From an uncultured Gemmatimonadales bacterium (GTDB lineage: Bacteria > Gemmatimonadota > Gemmatimonadetes > Gemmatimonadales > GWC2-71-9): 64,000 bases of DNA. The stretch spans positions 128,001 to 192,000 of the forward strand of contig CAVSQW010000014.1 of assembly GCA_963730185.1 (NCBI GenBank), written 5' to 3'. This document shows, piece by piece, positions 17,465 to 27,452 of the stretch. The notes below the pieces were generated by a model. The model saw nothing but the letters and a program-made list of their open reading frames with translations. It was not told the origin of the DNA and searched no databases. Both the position numbers and the translations under genes were made by a program. Within the stretch, counting starts at the first letter, position 1. Each line of letters starts with the position of its first letter.

Positions 17465-19486
17465 ATGACGATGTTCCCGAGCCGGCTCACGCCCTCGTTT
17501 GCCGGGCTGCTTGCTACCCTGGTGCTGGTCGGCTGCCAGCCCGGCACCGAGGCATCCCAGGCCGCTGCCGAGCCGGCGCACCCGCTCGATCCGCTCACCC
17601 AGGCCGAGTATGGCCGGGCCGTCGACCTTCTCCGCTCGGCCGGCCACGTCGACTCGGCCACCCGCTTCGTGACCCTGGAAGTCGAGGATCCCGACAAGGC
17701 GACCGTCCTGGCCTGGCGCGAGGGCGAACCGATCGGCCGGTCGGCGTTCGCGATCGTCAAGCAAGGGCTCCAGACCTTCGAGGGCGTGGTCGATCTGACC
17801 CGGGGGTCGGTGACGTCGTGGCGGGAGATTCCCGGAGTCCAACCCAGCGTGCTGGGCGAAGAGATGGCCGCGGTGGGAGACATCCTGGGGCGGAACCAGC
17901 GGTTCGTTGCCGCTCTCGCCGCCCGGGGGTTCACGATCGACAAGCTCCTCTGCGCCCCCTGGACGCTCGGCAACTACGCCATCCCCGAGCACGCCGGCCG
18001 CCGCCTCCTCAAGACAGCCTGCTTCGTAATCGCCGGGGGAGGGAGCCCGTTCACCCGCCCGATCGAGGGCCTCTGGGCCATCGTGGACCTCAACGCCCAC
18101 GAGGTGGTGGAGATTCACGACGACGCCGTGATCCCGGTGACCGATGCGCCCGCCGCGACCGACGAGCAATCGGTCGCCTCGAAGCGGACGGCGCTCAACC
18201 CGGTGCGGATGGTGACGCCGAACGGTTCCAACGTCACGCTCCACGGCCACGTCCTCGAGTGGGACAACTGGTCGCTCCACTACCGGATGGAGAAGCGCTC
18301 GGGGCTGGTCATCTCCACCGTGCGCTACCATGACGGCGATCGGGAGCGGTCGGTCCTCTATCGAGGCGCGCTGGCCGAGCTGTTCGTGCCGTACATGGAT
18401 CCGGAAGGCAACTGGTTCTCGCGGACGTTCATGGACGCGGGCGAGTACGGGTTCGGCGCGTCGGCGACGCCACTCGAGGCCGGCGTCGACTGTCCCGAGT
18501 CGGGTCGGCTGGTCGACGCTCTGGTGCCGGACGATCACGGCGTGCCGGCGGTGGTCCCGGGTGCCATCTGCATCTTCGAGCGGAACGCCGGCGATCCCGC
18601 TTGGCGGCACTTCGACAACATCCTCGGGACCGGCTTCGAGGGCCGGCGGTCGGTGGAGCTGGTGATCCGGATGATCGCCGCGGTGGGGAACTATGACTAC
18701 TTCCTCGATTGGACCTTTACCCAGGACGGGCGGATCAAGGTGCGGATCGGCGCCTCGGGCTACGATGGACTCAAAGGCGTGCTGAGCCGCTCGATGGGCG
18801 ACTCGACCGCTGCGGCGGAGACCGGCTACGGCACCCTGGTGGCGCCCGGCCTGGTGGCCGCCAATCACGACCACTTCTTCAGTCTCCGGCTGGACCTCGA
18901 CGTCGACGGGCCAGGCAACAGTTTTGCGATCGACCGGCTGACGCCGAAGGACTTCGACGGACCGAGAAGCGGGTGGGTGGTGCAGTCCCGGGTCGCGCGG
19001 ACCGAGCGCGACGCGATGATCGACTACGATCCGGCCCGGCCGGCGTATTGGCGCGTCTTCAACCCGACCGCGCCGGGTCCGGTGGGCCACTCGCCCGGCT
19101 ACCTCCTCCGGCCCGGTAACACGGTCGCCTACAGCCTGCTGACCGCCGGCGACATGGCCCAGCAGCGAGCGGTGTTCACGACCCATCAGCTCTGGGTGAC
19201 GCCCGAGCGCGCCGACGAGCGATATCCGGCCGGCGACTACGTGAACCAGAGCCCGGGCGGGCAGGGGCTCTCGGCCTGGACCGCCGCGAACCGGCCGATC
19301 GAGAACACCGACCTGGTGCTCTGGTACACGGCCGGCTTCCACCACGTGCCCCGGACGGAGGACTTCCCGATCATGCCGAGTGCCTGGGAGGAGCTGGAGT
19401 TGGTGCCGTTCAACTTCTTCGGGCGGAACCCGGCGTTGGACGTCCGGACCGGGTGGCGGGGCGACGCCGCCAACGGCGCCCGATGA
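17465..19486 (+). CDS. tynA: Copper/TPQ primary amine oxidase, lipoprotein
   Basis: HPLDPL, FMDAGEYG (catalytic Asp), GNYDY (TPQ precursor Tyr), NHDHFF and HHVPRTEDFPIMP (Cu ligands); lipobox LVGC. Confidence 0.93.
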   Translation: MTMFPSRLTPSFAGLLATLVLVGCQPGTEASQAAAEPAHPLDPLTQAEYGRAVDLLRSAGHVDSATRFVTLEVEDPDKATVLAWREGEPIGRSAFAIVKQGLQTFEGVVDLTRGSVTSWREIPGVQPSVLGEEMAAVGDILGRNQRFVAALAARGFTIDKLLCAPWTLGNYAIPEHAGRRLLKTACFVIAGGGSPFTRPIEGLWAIVDLNAHEVVEIHDDAVIPVTDAPAATDEQSVASKRTALNPVRMVTPNGSNVTLHGHVLEWDNWSLHYRMEKRSGLVISTVRYHDGDRERSVLYRGALAELFVPYMDPEGNWFSRTFMDAGEYGFGASATPLEAGVDCPESGRLVDALVPDDHGVPAVVPGAICIFERNAGDPAWRHFDNILGTGFEGRRSVELVIRMIAAVGNYDYFLDWTFTQDGRIKVRIGASGYDGLKGVLSRSMGDSTAAAETGYGTLVAPGLVAANHDHFFSLRLDLDVDGPGNSFAIDRLTPKDFDGPRSGWVVQSRVARTERDAMIDYDPARPAYWRVFNPTAPGPVGHSPGYLLRPGNTVAYSLLTAGDMAQQRAVFTTHQLWVTPERADERYPAGDYVNQSPGGQGLSAWTAANRPIENTDLVLWYTAGFHHVPRTEDFPIMPSAWEELELVPFNFFGRNPALDVRTGWRGDAANGAR

Positions 19487-19830
19487 TTCGGGCGGTCGAG
19501 GCCCCGGCGTCTGTCACTCTTAGCCTCGTCGCCGAATACGCGGGCAGCGCGTATTCGGCATCCAAACACGGATTGATCGGCTTGATGCGATCGGTGGCCC
19601 AGGACGCGGGAAAGCACGGCGTCACCTCGAATGCCGTACTCCCAGGCTGGGTGCGGACCGAGATGGCCGAGCGTTCGGCCCGGGCCGAGGCGGCCGCCCG
19701 GGGCATCACCCCCGAGCAGGTGTGGGAGGAGCGAGCGGCCCTGTATCCGGCCGGCCGGGTCGCGACGGCGCAGGAGGTGGCCGAGATGATCGCGTTCTTG
19801 GCTTCGGAAGAGTCGAGCGGGGTCAGCGGC
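19483..19830 (+). pseudogene. C-terminal half of an SDR (Rossmann fold missing, no stop of its own)
   Basis: YSASK catalytic motif, GVTSNAVLPGWVRTEM, FLAS...GVSG; no TGxxxGxG. Confidence 0.8.
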
Positions 19831-19953
19831 CGTGACCCAGCGTCCCGATCTGTGGCCCGGCCACCATCGCTCCTTGGAGCGAGCCGGCGACGAGCCCGCT
19901 GTTCCGGCCGGACCCTCATCCTTGCGGCGGATATTCTTTCGAGAGGTGCCTCC

Positions 19954-20694
19954 ATGCTCGAACGCATCATGGACCTGCCTGACCACGTGCTTGGCTTCAA
20001 GGCCAGTGGGAGGGTTACCGCCGAAGACTACGAGTCGATGCTCGTACCTGCCGTCGAGACGGCGCTGAGCCACCACAAGAGAGTCCGACTCCTGTACGTC
20101 CTGGGAGACGGCTTCGAGGGTTTCACCGGGGCCGCCGCGTGGGAAGATGCCAAGGTTGGTCTGCGGCATTTCACCCGGTTCGAGCGGGTTGCCGTGGTCA
20201 CCAGCGTCGTTTGGGTCCGGAATTCTGTCAAGGCGTTCGGCTTTATGATGCCAGGCGATGTCAGAGTATTCGAAAGCGATGACATTCAGAAGGCCCGTGA
20301 ATGGATCTCGGAGCCTCCTCCAGCCGGCGATCTGGTCGTCGAGTTTCTCGACGAACAGGGTGTCTTGATCCTGCGGCCGCTGGGTGAGCTCACCGCCGCC
20401 GACTTCGAGCGTGTGTCCCGCGCGGTCGATCCCTATCTCGAGAAGAAGGGCGCGCTCGAGGGGGTGATGATCGTCGCCGAGCATTTCCCGGGCTGGGACG
20501 ATCTGGGGGCGCTGGCTGCACACGTACGATTCGTCAGGGACCACCATCAAAAGGTCAAACGGCTGGCCATCGTTTCCAACGATCCCATCATGTCAGCGAT
20601 GCCATATCTGGCGCGCCACTTCCTGGTGAAAGAGTCCCGCCGCTTCCCGTTCGATCAGAGGGATCAGGCCCTTGCCTGGGTGAGCCAGGAGTAG
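19954..20694 (+). CDS. STAS/SEC14 (SpoIIAA-like) tandem-domain protein
   Basis: GAGGT SD; two repeated units (GRVTAEDY...FERVAVVT and GELTAADF...VKRLAIVS). Confidence 0.85.
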   Translation: MLERIMDLPDHVLGFKASGRVTAEDYESMLVPAVETALSHHKRVRLLYVLGDGFEGFTGAAAWEDAKVGLRHFTRFERVAVVTSVVWVRNSVKAFGFMMPGDVRVFESDDIQKAREWISEPPPAGDLVVEFLDEQGVLILRPLGELTAADFERVSRAVDPYLEKKGALEGVMIVAEHFPGWDDLGALAAHVRFVRDHHQKVKRLAIVSNDPIMSAMPYLARHFLVKESRRFPFDQRDQALAWVSQE

Positions 20695-20969
20695 CCCGGG
20701 TCGACGACGCTCTGACTCCACATGGGCCCGTTCGGCCCGCGACGGCTGGTCACGAGCGATCATGCCCACACGCCCGGCCGGCGCCACCGAGGCCGGGCGC
20801 CATACGGTGGCAGCGACGAGGGCGATGTCTGGGTGATGACGCCGGAGCCGCCCTGGCGGTGCGTTCAGTGGGTGGGCGCGCAGATGGCGGATCGGTGTCC
20901 CAGGGCGATAGGTTGTTCGCTCAACCATGACGTCCGCCCTCCGCCGTTGACGAAGGGAGCAGACACCCG

Positions 20970-21740
20970 GTGAGCCTGCGTGGCCTGAAGGGCAAGAACG
21001 TCTTGGTGACCGGCGGTGCGAGCGGCATCGGCCAGGCCACCGCGGCACGTTTTCTCCAAGAGGGCTGCGCCGTCTCGGTTCTCGACCGGAGCGGCGACGC
21101 CCGAGTCCGGGTGGCCAGGGAGCTTCCCGACCTGGCCGGCGTGATCGACGCCGACGTCTCGGATCCGGCGCAGGCCCGGCGGGGCTTTCAGGAGGCGGTC
21201 GAGCGCATGGGATCGGTCGACGTGCTGATCAACAACGCCGGCATCAGCATCCGCCACGCCTTTCTCGAGATCACGCCCGAAGAATGGGACGCCGTCCTGG
21301 GTGTGAACCTCACGGGCCTGTTCTTCATGGCGCAGACCGCTGCGCGGCACATGGTGAGCAGAGGGTCGGGCGTAATCCTCAACACGGCGTCGACGGCGGG
21401 AAGCACCGGCTACCCGCACTACGCCGACTACAGCGCCAGCAAGGGCGGGGTCATCGCGCTGACGTTGGCCATGGCCCTGGAGCTCGCTCCGACCGTCCGG
21501 GTGAACGCGATTTCGCCCGGGTACGTCCTGACGCCGATGCAGCGCGCCGAATACACGGAGCCCATGCTGGAGGCGGTGAATCGGAAGATCCCGATGGGCC
21601 GCCACGCGAAGCCGGAGGAGATTGCGGGCTGGTTCGCGTTCCTGGCGTCCGAGGACGCCGGGTTCGCCACCGGCCAGGTCTACGTCGTGGACGGGGGGGA
21701 GACGACCGGCGGCCTCTGCAGCCAGTGGGCCCATGAATAG
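20970..21740 (+). CDS. SDR family oxidoreductase
   Basis: TGGASGIG, NNAG, YSASK. Confidence 0.92.
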   Translation: MSLRGLKGKNVLVTGGASGIGQATAARFLQEGCAVSVLDRSGDARVRVARELPDLAGVIDADVSDPAQARRGFQEAVERMGSVDVLINNAGISIRHAFLEITPEEWDAVLGVNLTGLFFMAQTAARHMVSRGSGVILNTASTAGSTGYPHYADYSASKGGVIALTLAMALELAPTVRVNAISPGYVLTPMQRAEYTEPMLEAVNRKIPMGRHAKPEEIAGWFAFLASEDAGFATGQVYVVDGGETTGGLCSQWAHE

Positions 21741-21758
21741 GCACGTGGGGGAGGTCCG

Positions 21759-22520
21759 ATGAGACTCAGCGGCAAGGTCGCTCTGATCACGGGCGGCACC
21801 TCAGGGATCGGCAGCGCGACGGCCAGACGATTCGCGGCCGAAGGCGCGGCGGTCGCCATCACCGGCCGGAACGTCGAACGGGGCGAGCAGGTGGTCCGGG
21901 ACCTCGTCACGACCGGTGCCCAGGCGATGTTCGTTCGTTCGGACGTGCGGGTGGCGGAGGAGTGTCGTCATGCCGTCGAGCGGACGCTCGAACGATTCGG
22001 CCGGATCGACGTGCTGTTCAACAACGCCGGGGTCTTTCATCCAAAGACCGTGCCCGACTGCACCGAGGAGGAGTGGGACGAGACCATCGATTCCAGCCTG
22101 AAGGGCGCCTTCCTGATGTCGAAGTACGTGCTGCCGTCGATGATCGAGCGGGGCAGCGGCTCGATCATTCACACCAGCTCGGGCTGGGGCATCCAGGGCG
22201 GCGACCAGGCGGCGGCCTATTGTGCCGCCAAGGGCGGACTGATCGTCATGGCCAAGGCCATGGCGATCGATCACGGCCGGCACGGTATCCGGGTCAACTG
22301 CGTCTGTCCGGGCGACGTGATGACGCCGATGCTCCCCGACGACGCCGCCAAGCGGGGCCAGTCGTGGGACGAGTACGCCGCGGGCGCCGCGAAGCGGCCG
22401 CTGGGGCGGATCGGGACCGCGGAGGAAATCGCCGAGGCGGTGCTGTACCTGGCCTCGGACGAGTCGTCGTTCGTGACCGGAACGGCGCTGGTCGTGGACG
22501 GGGGCGGCATCGCCGGTTGA
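21759..22520 (+). CDS. SDR family oxidoreductase
   Basis: TGGTSGIG, NNAG, YCAAK; GGAGGT SD. Confidence 0.93.
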   Translation: MRLSGKVALITGGTSGIGSATARRFAAEGAAVAITGRNVERGEQVVRDLVTTGAQAMFVRSDVRVAEECRHAVERTLERFGRIDVLFNNAGVFHPKTVPDCTEEEWDETIDSSLKGAFLMSKYVLPSMIERGSGSIIHTSSGWGIQGGDQAAAYCAAKGGLIVMAKAMAIDHGRHGIRVNCVCPGDVMTPMLPDDAAKRGQSWDEYAAGAAKRPLGRIGTAEEIAEAVLYLASDESSFVTGTALVVDGGGIAG

Positions 22521-22588
22521 TGAAGCGGGGGCGGCGGTTCTGGGCGGCAGGCGCTAGGTTGGAGGACCCGAGCCGCTCAGGAGTCTCG

Positions 22589-24604
22589 ATGCTTCCGGCC
22601 CTGTTCCTCATCCTGTTGGGCGCCGCCCAGGCCCCGGCCCGCGACTCCACCGAGTTCATCGTCTGGAATCACGGCCGCCGCGCCGGCGAGATGCAGGTCG
22701 TCACCAAGGGCGACTCGGCGGCGGTCCACTACTTTCATGTCGACCGGCAGCGCGGCCCGAAGATCGAGGCGTCCTACCGCTTGAGCGACGGTCGCCCGGT
22801 CTGGGGCCAGGTCGGCGTCGGCGCCGCGCAGGCGGCGGCCGCGGACATCTCGGGAAAGCCGGTCGAGCTCTCGACCGAGCACTTCGACATCCGCGGCGAC
22901 GTGGTGCGCCACTGGGCCGACCGCGACACCACGTCGGTGACCGCGCCGGCGGGCGCGTTCTACCTCCCGACCGCGACCACGCCGTTCGACGACGCGATCC
23001 TGGCCAACTACCTCCTCCACCGGCCTCAGCATTCGGCGCCGATCGTGCCGGCGGCAACGGCGCGGGTGGAGATCGTGGCGGACACCACCGTGGCCGCCGC
23101 CGGCCGCAAGGTGCACCTGCGCCTGACGGCGATCGACGGCATCGGCCTCGGGCCGACCCTGGTCTGGCTCGACGACGGCGGGGCGCTCTTCGCGTCCGCC
23201 GCCGGCTGGTTCACCGCGATCCGGCGGGGCGCCGAGGGCGTGCTGCCCGCCCTCCGGCCGCACGAGCTCAGGTACCTGGAGCGGCGCGACGCCGCGCTGG
23301 CGGCCCGGCTCGCCCCGAAGACCACCGGCGCGCTGGTCATCCGGAACGGAGACCTGTTCGACAGCGAGAACGGCTTCGTGAGGCCCCACACCACGGTGGT
23401 GATCTCGGCCGACCGGATCACCGCGGTCGGTCCCGCCGACTCGATCCGGGAGCCGGCCGGGGCAACGATCATCGACGCGACCGGGAAGACGATCATCCCG
23501 GGGCTCTGGGACATGCACACCCATGCCTTCCAGGGAAGCTCGGACGGGCTGCTCCAACTGGCGGCCGGCATCACGACCATCCGCGACCTGGCCTCCGATC
23601 TCGACGTCGCGACGTCGCTGCGCGACCGGGCCGACCGGGGCACCGTCCTGAGCCCGCGACTGGTGCTGGCGGGCTTCATCGAAGGTCCTGGGAAATGGGC
23701 CGGCCCCACGGCCGTCCTGGTGCGCACCGAGGATGAGGCCCGGGTTTGGATCGCGCGCTACGACTCACTCGGCTACAAGCAGATCAAGCTGTACAACCTG
23801 GTGCACCCGGACCTGCTCCCGGCCATTGCTGCGGAAGCCCACGCGCGGGGCATGCGACTGAGCGGGCACATTCCCCGCGGATTGACGGTCCCGGATGCCG
23901 TCCGCCTCGGATACGACGAGGTCCAGCACTCGGCGTTCCTCTTCTCGACCTTCTTCCAGGACTCGCTCTACGTGCCCCGGATGCGGGCCTACTCGGAAGT
24001 TGCGAGCACCGTGGCACCCACCTTCAACGTGGACGCTCCCGAGGTGACCGCGCTGATCTCCTTCCTCCACGACCGCGGCACGGTGATCGACGGCACGTTT
24101 AACATCTGGCAGGATCGGATCCGGCCGCTGCCGGACGGGACCGATCCCGTCTTCGGCCCGACCCTCTCCTGGCTGCCCCCGCTGATGCAGCGGGGCCTGC
24201 GCGCCGACGGCGGCGGCCCATCCGAGACCGTGGCGCGGGCACAGTCCGCCTCGGCGGCGTACCGCCGGATGCTGAAGCGGCTGTTCGATGCCGGCGTGAC
24301 GCTGGTCCCCGGGACCGACAACGTCGCCGGCTTGTCGTACCATGGCGAGCTGGAGATCTACCAGCGCGCCGGGATCCCCGCCCCCAACGTGCTGCAGATC
24401 GCGACGATCACCCCGGCGCGGGTGATGAAGATGGACCAGGACTACGGCAGCATCGCCGTGGGAAAGGTCGCGGACCTCGCCATCGTGGCCGGCCACCCCG
24501 CGGAGCGGATCGCGGACCTGCGGAACACCGAAACCGTGGTGCGCGCGGGGCGGGTGTACCAAAGCAGGGCGCTGTACCAGGCGTTGGGCATTACCCCGCG
24601 CTGA
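22589..24604 (+). CDS. Exported amidohydrolase family protein
   Basis: AGGAG SD, signal peptide, PGLWDMHTH, QIKLY, GTD, GSIAVGKVADL. Confidence 0.88.
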   Translation: MLPALFLILLGAAQAPARDSTEFIVWNHGRRAGEMQVVTKGDSAAVHYFHVDRQRGPKIEASYRLSDGRPVWGQVGVGAAQAAAADISGKPVELSTEHFDIRGDVVRHWADRDTTSVTAPAGAFYLPTATTPFDDAILANYLLHRPQHSAPIVPAATARVEIVADTTVAAAGRKVHLRLTAIDGIGLGPTLVWLDDGGALFASAAGWFTAIRRGAEGVLPALRPHELRYLERRDAALAARLAPKTTGALVIRNGDLFDSENGFVRPHTTVVISADRITAVGPADSIREPAGATIIDATGKTIIPGLWDMHTHAFQGSSDGLLQLAAGITTIRDLASDLDVATSLRDRADRGTVLSPRLVLAGFIEGPGKWAGPTAVLVRTEDEARVWIARYDSLGYKQIKLYNLVHPDLLPAIAAEAHARGMRLSGHIPRGLTVPDAVRLGYDEVQHSAFLFSTFFQDSLYVPRMRAYSEVASTVAPTFNVDAPEVTALISFLHDRGTVIDGTFNIWQDRIRPLPDGTDPVFGPTLSWLPPLMQRGLRADGGGPSETVARAQSASAAYRRMLKRLFDAGVTLVPGTDNVAGLSYHGELEIYQRAGIPAPNVLQIATITPARVMKMDQDYGSIAVGKVADLAIVAGHPAERIADLRNTETVVRAGRVYQSRALYQALGITPR

Positions 24605-24640
24605 GCGGGCCGGAACTGGGTCGATTCCGCTCCGCCACGC

Positions 24641-25985
24641 CTAACGCGCTGGAACCGCGAACACGAACACCGTCGGCGACCCTTCCCGCCCGAAGTTGTA
24701 CGACCCGCCCCCGGACACCGCGGCCGCGTACTGGCGGCCACCCACCGCGTAGGTCACGACCCCGCCGAGCAGTCCCGCCCCGGTATTGAACCGGTAGAGC
24801 TCCCGGCCGTCGGCCGCGTCGAAGGCCAGGAAATCGCCCGTCATCTCGCCCGCGAAAAGCACCCCGCCGGCCGTGGCGGTCACCGCGGCCACCATCGGCC
24901 TGGGCGAGCGGTACCGCCATCGAACCGCGCCGGTCGCCACGTCGATGGCCGTAAGCCAGCCGTGCCCGCTCTCGGCCGGGTCGAACATGTACTCCCCGCC
25001 CATGTAGCCCTCGCCCGGGACGAACCGGACGGTGTCGGCCAGCTTGAAGCTCACGCACCAGTCCACGGATGGGACGTAGAGCGTCCGGGTGGCCGGGAGC
25101 CAGGCCGGCCCGTTCCACTCCACTCCGCCGAGCAGGCCGGGACAGACGCGGGTCCACTCGCGGCCGAGCGGCGTGTCCACGTTCTCTCGGGTGGTCACCG
25201 GTGTCTGGAAGAGACGCTCGTGAGTGTCGCGATCCAGCACCGTGACCAGCCCGTCCTTGGCGGCGGCGGTGATGAGGTTGCGCTCGCGTCCCTGGACCGT
25301 GGCCCGGAAGAGGGGCGCCACCTGAGTGAGGTCCCAGTCGTGCGCGTCGTTCGGGACCAGCTGGTCGTACCAGCGGAGCCGGCCGGTCCGGACGTCGAGG
25401 GCCACCAGCGCGTTGGTGTAGAGGTTGGCCCCCGGCCGGAGCTCGGCCGGGAGGTCGGGCGCCGGGTTGGTGACCGGGACGTAGAGCTCCCCCGTGGCGA
25501 CGTCGAGCGAGAGGGGGGTCCAGATGGCGCCGCCGCCGACGGGCACCGACGGATTGACCCAGGTCTCCGAGCCGGGCTCGCCCGGGCGCGGAATGGTGTT
25601 GAACCGCCAGACCGGGGTGCCGTCGTCGATTCGGAACGCGCCGATCCAGCCCTGGATGTTGAGCTCGCTCCCGGCCGGCGCGATGATCGCCAGGTCCTCG
25701 AACACCAGCGGCGGCATGGTGAGCAGCTCGCCCTGGGCCGGATGGGTGACCTGGCGAGCCCAGAGGAGGTGGCCGTCGGCGGCGTCGAGCGCGAGGAGGT
25801 AGCCGTCGGGGGTACCGCGCAGGATGCGGCCGTCCTTGATCACGGCTCCCCGATTCATTTGAATCCGGGCCTGGTCCTTGAGCGCCCAGGTGTAGCTCCA
25901 GCGGCGACGGCAGGTCGCCGCGTCGATCGCGGCCGTGATCAGGGGCGTGGTGACGTACATGACGCCGTGGTAGACGATGGGGAAG
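24641..25985 (-). pseudogene. PQQ-dependent dehydrogenase (alcohol dehydrogenase-like), N-terminally truncated
   Basis: PQQ propeller repeats (ALDAADGHLLW, GGGAIW, NLYTNALVALD, DAHDWD). Homology begins abruptly at PIVYHGVMYV; no signal peptide. Confidence 0.7.
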
Positions 25986-26260
25986 GGTACCGCTCCCAAC
26001 GGCGTCGGGCACCCGGCGGACGTTGAGGCCGGGCTGGCGGGGCCGGGTCGCTTGGCGGCCTCACGTGTGTCCCCCATCTCGTGCCGCGGCGGCCGGGCGG
26101 ATCCACGCTCTCGGTCCGCAAGTGTGCGGGCGGCGAGTTGGTCGTTCCCGGGCCGCGGTAACCCGCACGGCGCCCGAAATCGCTATCTTGGGAGGGCGGG
26201 CTGCGCTGCGTTCCCTGGCTGGTCTGCAATCCCCTCGCGCCTCCAACCTCCGAGGATCCC

Positions 26261-26800
26261 ATGAAGCTCGCAGCGATCACCCTGGCCGTCGCTCTGGCCC
26301 TTGCCGCGTCGGCTGCCCTCGCACCGATCCGGGCCCAGCAGGCCGGAGCGGATGCGATCACCGGCCTCCGGGATCAGTGGAAGGTCGTGGCCGGCAACAT
26401 CACGGCGGCGGCCGAGGAGCTGACCGACGCGGAATACGCCTTCCGCCCGGTACCGAGCGTGCGGTCCTTCGGCGAGCTGATCGGCCACGTGGCCGGCACT
26501 CAGCACATGATCTGCGCGATCGTCCTCGGCGAGCAGGTGCCCGCCGAGGACGCGGTGGAGAAGGCGGTCCAGACGAAGGCGGGGCTGGTGGCCGCCCTCA
26601 AGGCATCGAATGAGCATTGCGCCAGGGCCTATGCCATTGCCGGCGACGCGATGAGCGACCCGGTCCAGCTCTTCGGCGCGCCCAACACGAAAGTCGGCGC
26701 CCTGGCGGCCAATGCCGTGCACGACGGCGAGCACTACGGCAACATCGTCACCTACATGCGGTTGCAGGGCAAAGTGCCGCCGTCGAGCAAAAGGCGCTAG
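26261..26800 (+). CDS. DinB family protein, exported
   Basis: GAGGA SD, signal peptide, FRP..VRSFGELIGHVA, HDGEHYGNIVTYMRLQG. Confidence 0.9.
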   Translation: MKLAAITLAVALALAASAALAPIRAQQAGADAITGLRDQWKVVAGNITAAAEELTDAEYAFRPVPSVRSFGELIGHVAGTQHMICAIVLGEQVPAEDAVEKAVQTKAGLVAALKASNEHCARAYAIAGDAMSDPVQLFGAPNTKVGALAANAVHDGEHYGNIVTYMRLQGKVPPSSKRR

Positions 26801-26819
26801 CGCCCCCGGGGCGGCCCGA

Positions 26820-27176
26820 TCAGCGCTTGAGCTTTTTTCCGAGCTCGAGGCCGAGGGCCGCCGCCATCTCTTCAGGCGTGCCCTTGATGGTCCGCTTGCG
26901 GATCGTCTTGCGCCGGAGGGCGGCCGGGACGATGACCCGGCGCTTCCAGCGCTGCTCGAGGATCTTGGCGACACCTTCGAGCTTGCCGGAGAGGGTGGCC
27001 CGGCGGTGCTTCGGGCGCCGGTTGCTGATCAGTCCCTTCCCCCCCGTGGTCCACGTCCCGCAGGTCACCGCCCAGTGGCACCCGCTTTCCGGAGTGCAGT
27101 AGCAGACGTAGCTGCAGTCTCCCGGATACGTGATCGTGATCTCGCCGCACTTGGCCTTCTGGTCAGGCTTTGCCAT
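26820..27176 (-). CDS. Hypothetical 118-aa protein with six-Cys N-terminus and very basic C-terminus
   Basis: GGAGAGG SD before ATG 27176; MAKPDQKAKC...CSYVCYC...C...C; last 118 aa of shadow ORF 26820..29576. Confidence 0.7.
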   Translation of the reverse strand: MAKPDQKAKCGEITITYPGDCSYVCYCTPESGCHWAVTCGTWTTGGKGLISNRRPKHRRATLSGKLEGVAKILEQRWKRRVIVPAALRRKTIRKRTIKGTPEEMAAALGLELGKKLKR

Positions 27177-27452
27177 TCGTGGCCACCCTCTCCGTGGTAG
27201 GTAGGTCGGTGGTAGGTAGGGTACGGTTGCCCGGGGCCCGAGGTGCCGTGCGACACGCCGGCGTTCACAACATTGGAAACGGGCTCGGTCCGCACAAGAC
27301 CGCGGGTCGGACGGGACGGCGAAGCAGGACCGGCCGCCCGCGCCCGGGCGGGAGGTCGGATCCGCTGGGGACGAATCCGGCGCTATCTTCCGAGTGCCCG
27401 GCGCGGCTCCAAGAGATCGGGCCTCCCGCCTTCTTCCCACGGAGACCAACCC

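Noticed and set aside
20720..20960. Short ORF 20722..20973 or a propeller-end relic (EGDVWVM)
   Set aside because: Too short and ambiguous to support.
24639..24645. Isolated GTTAGGC cores on the minus strand (also about 55693, 42021, 46212)
   Set aside because: No partner arm or stem; most lie in coding sequence or coincide with stop codons.
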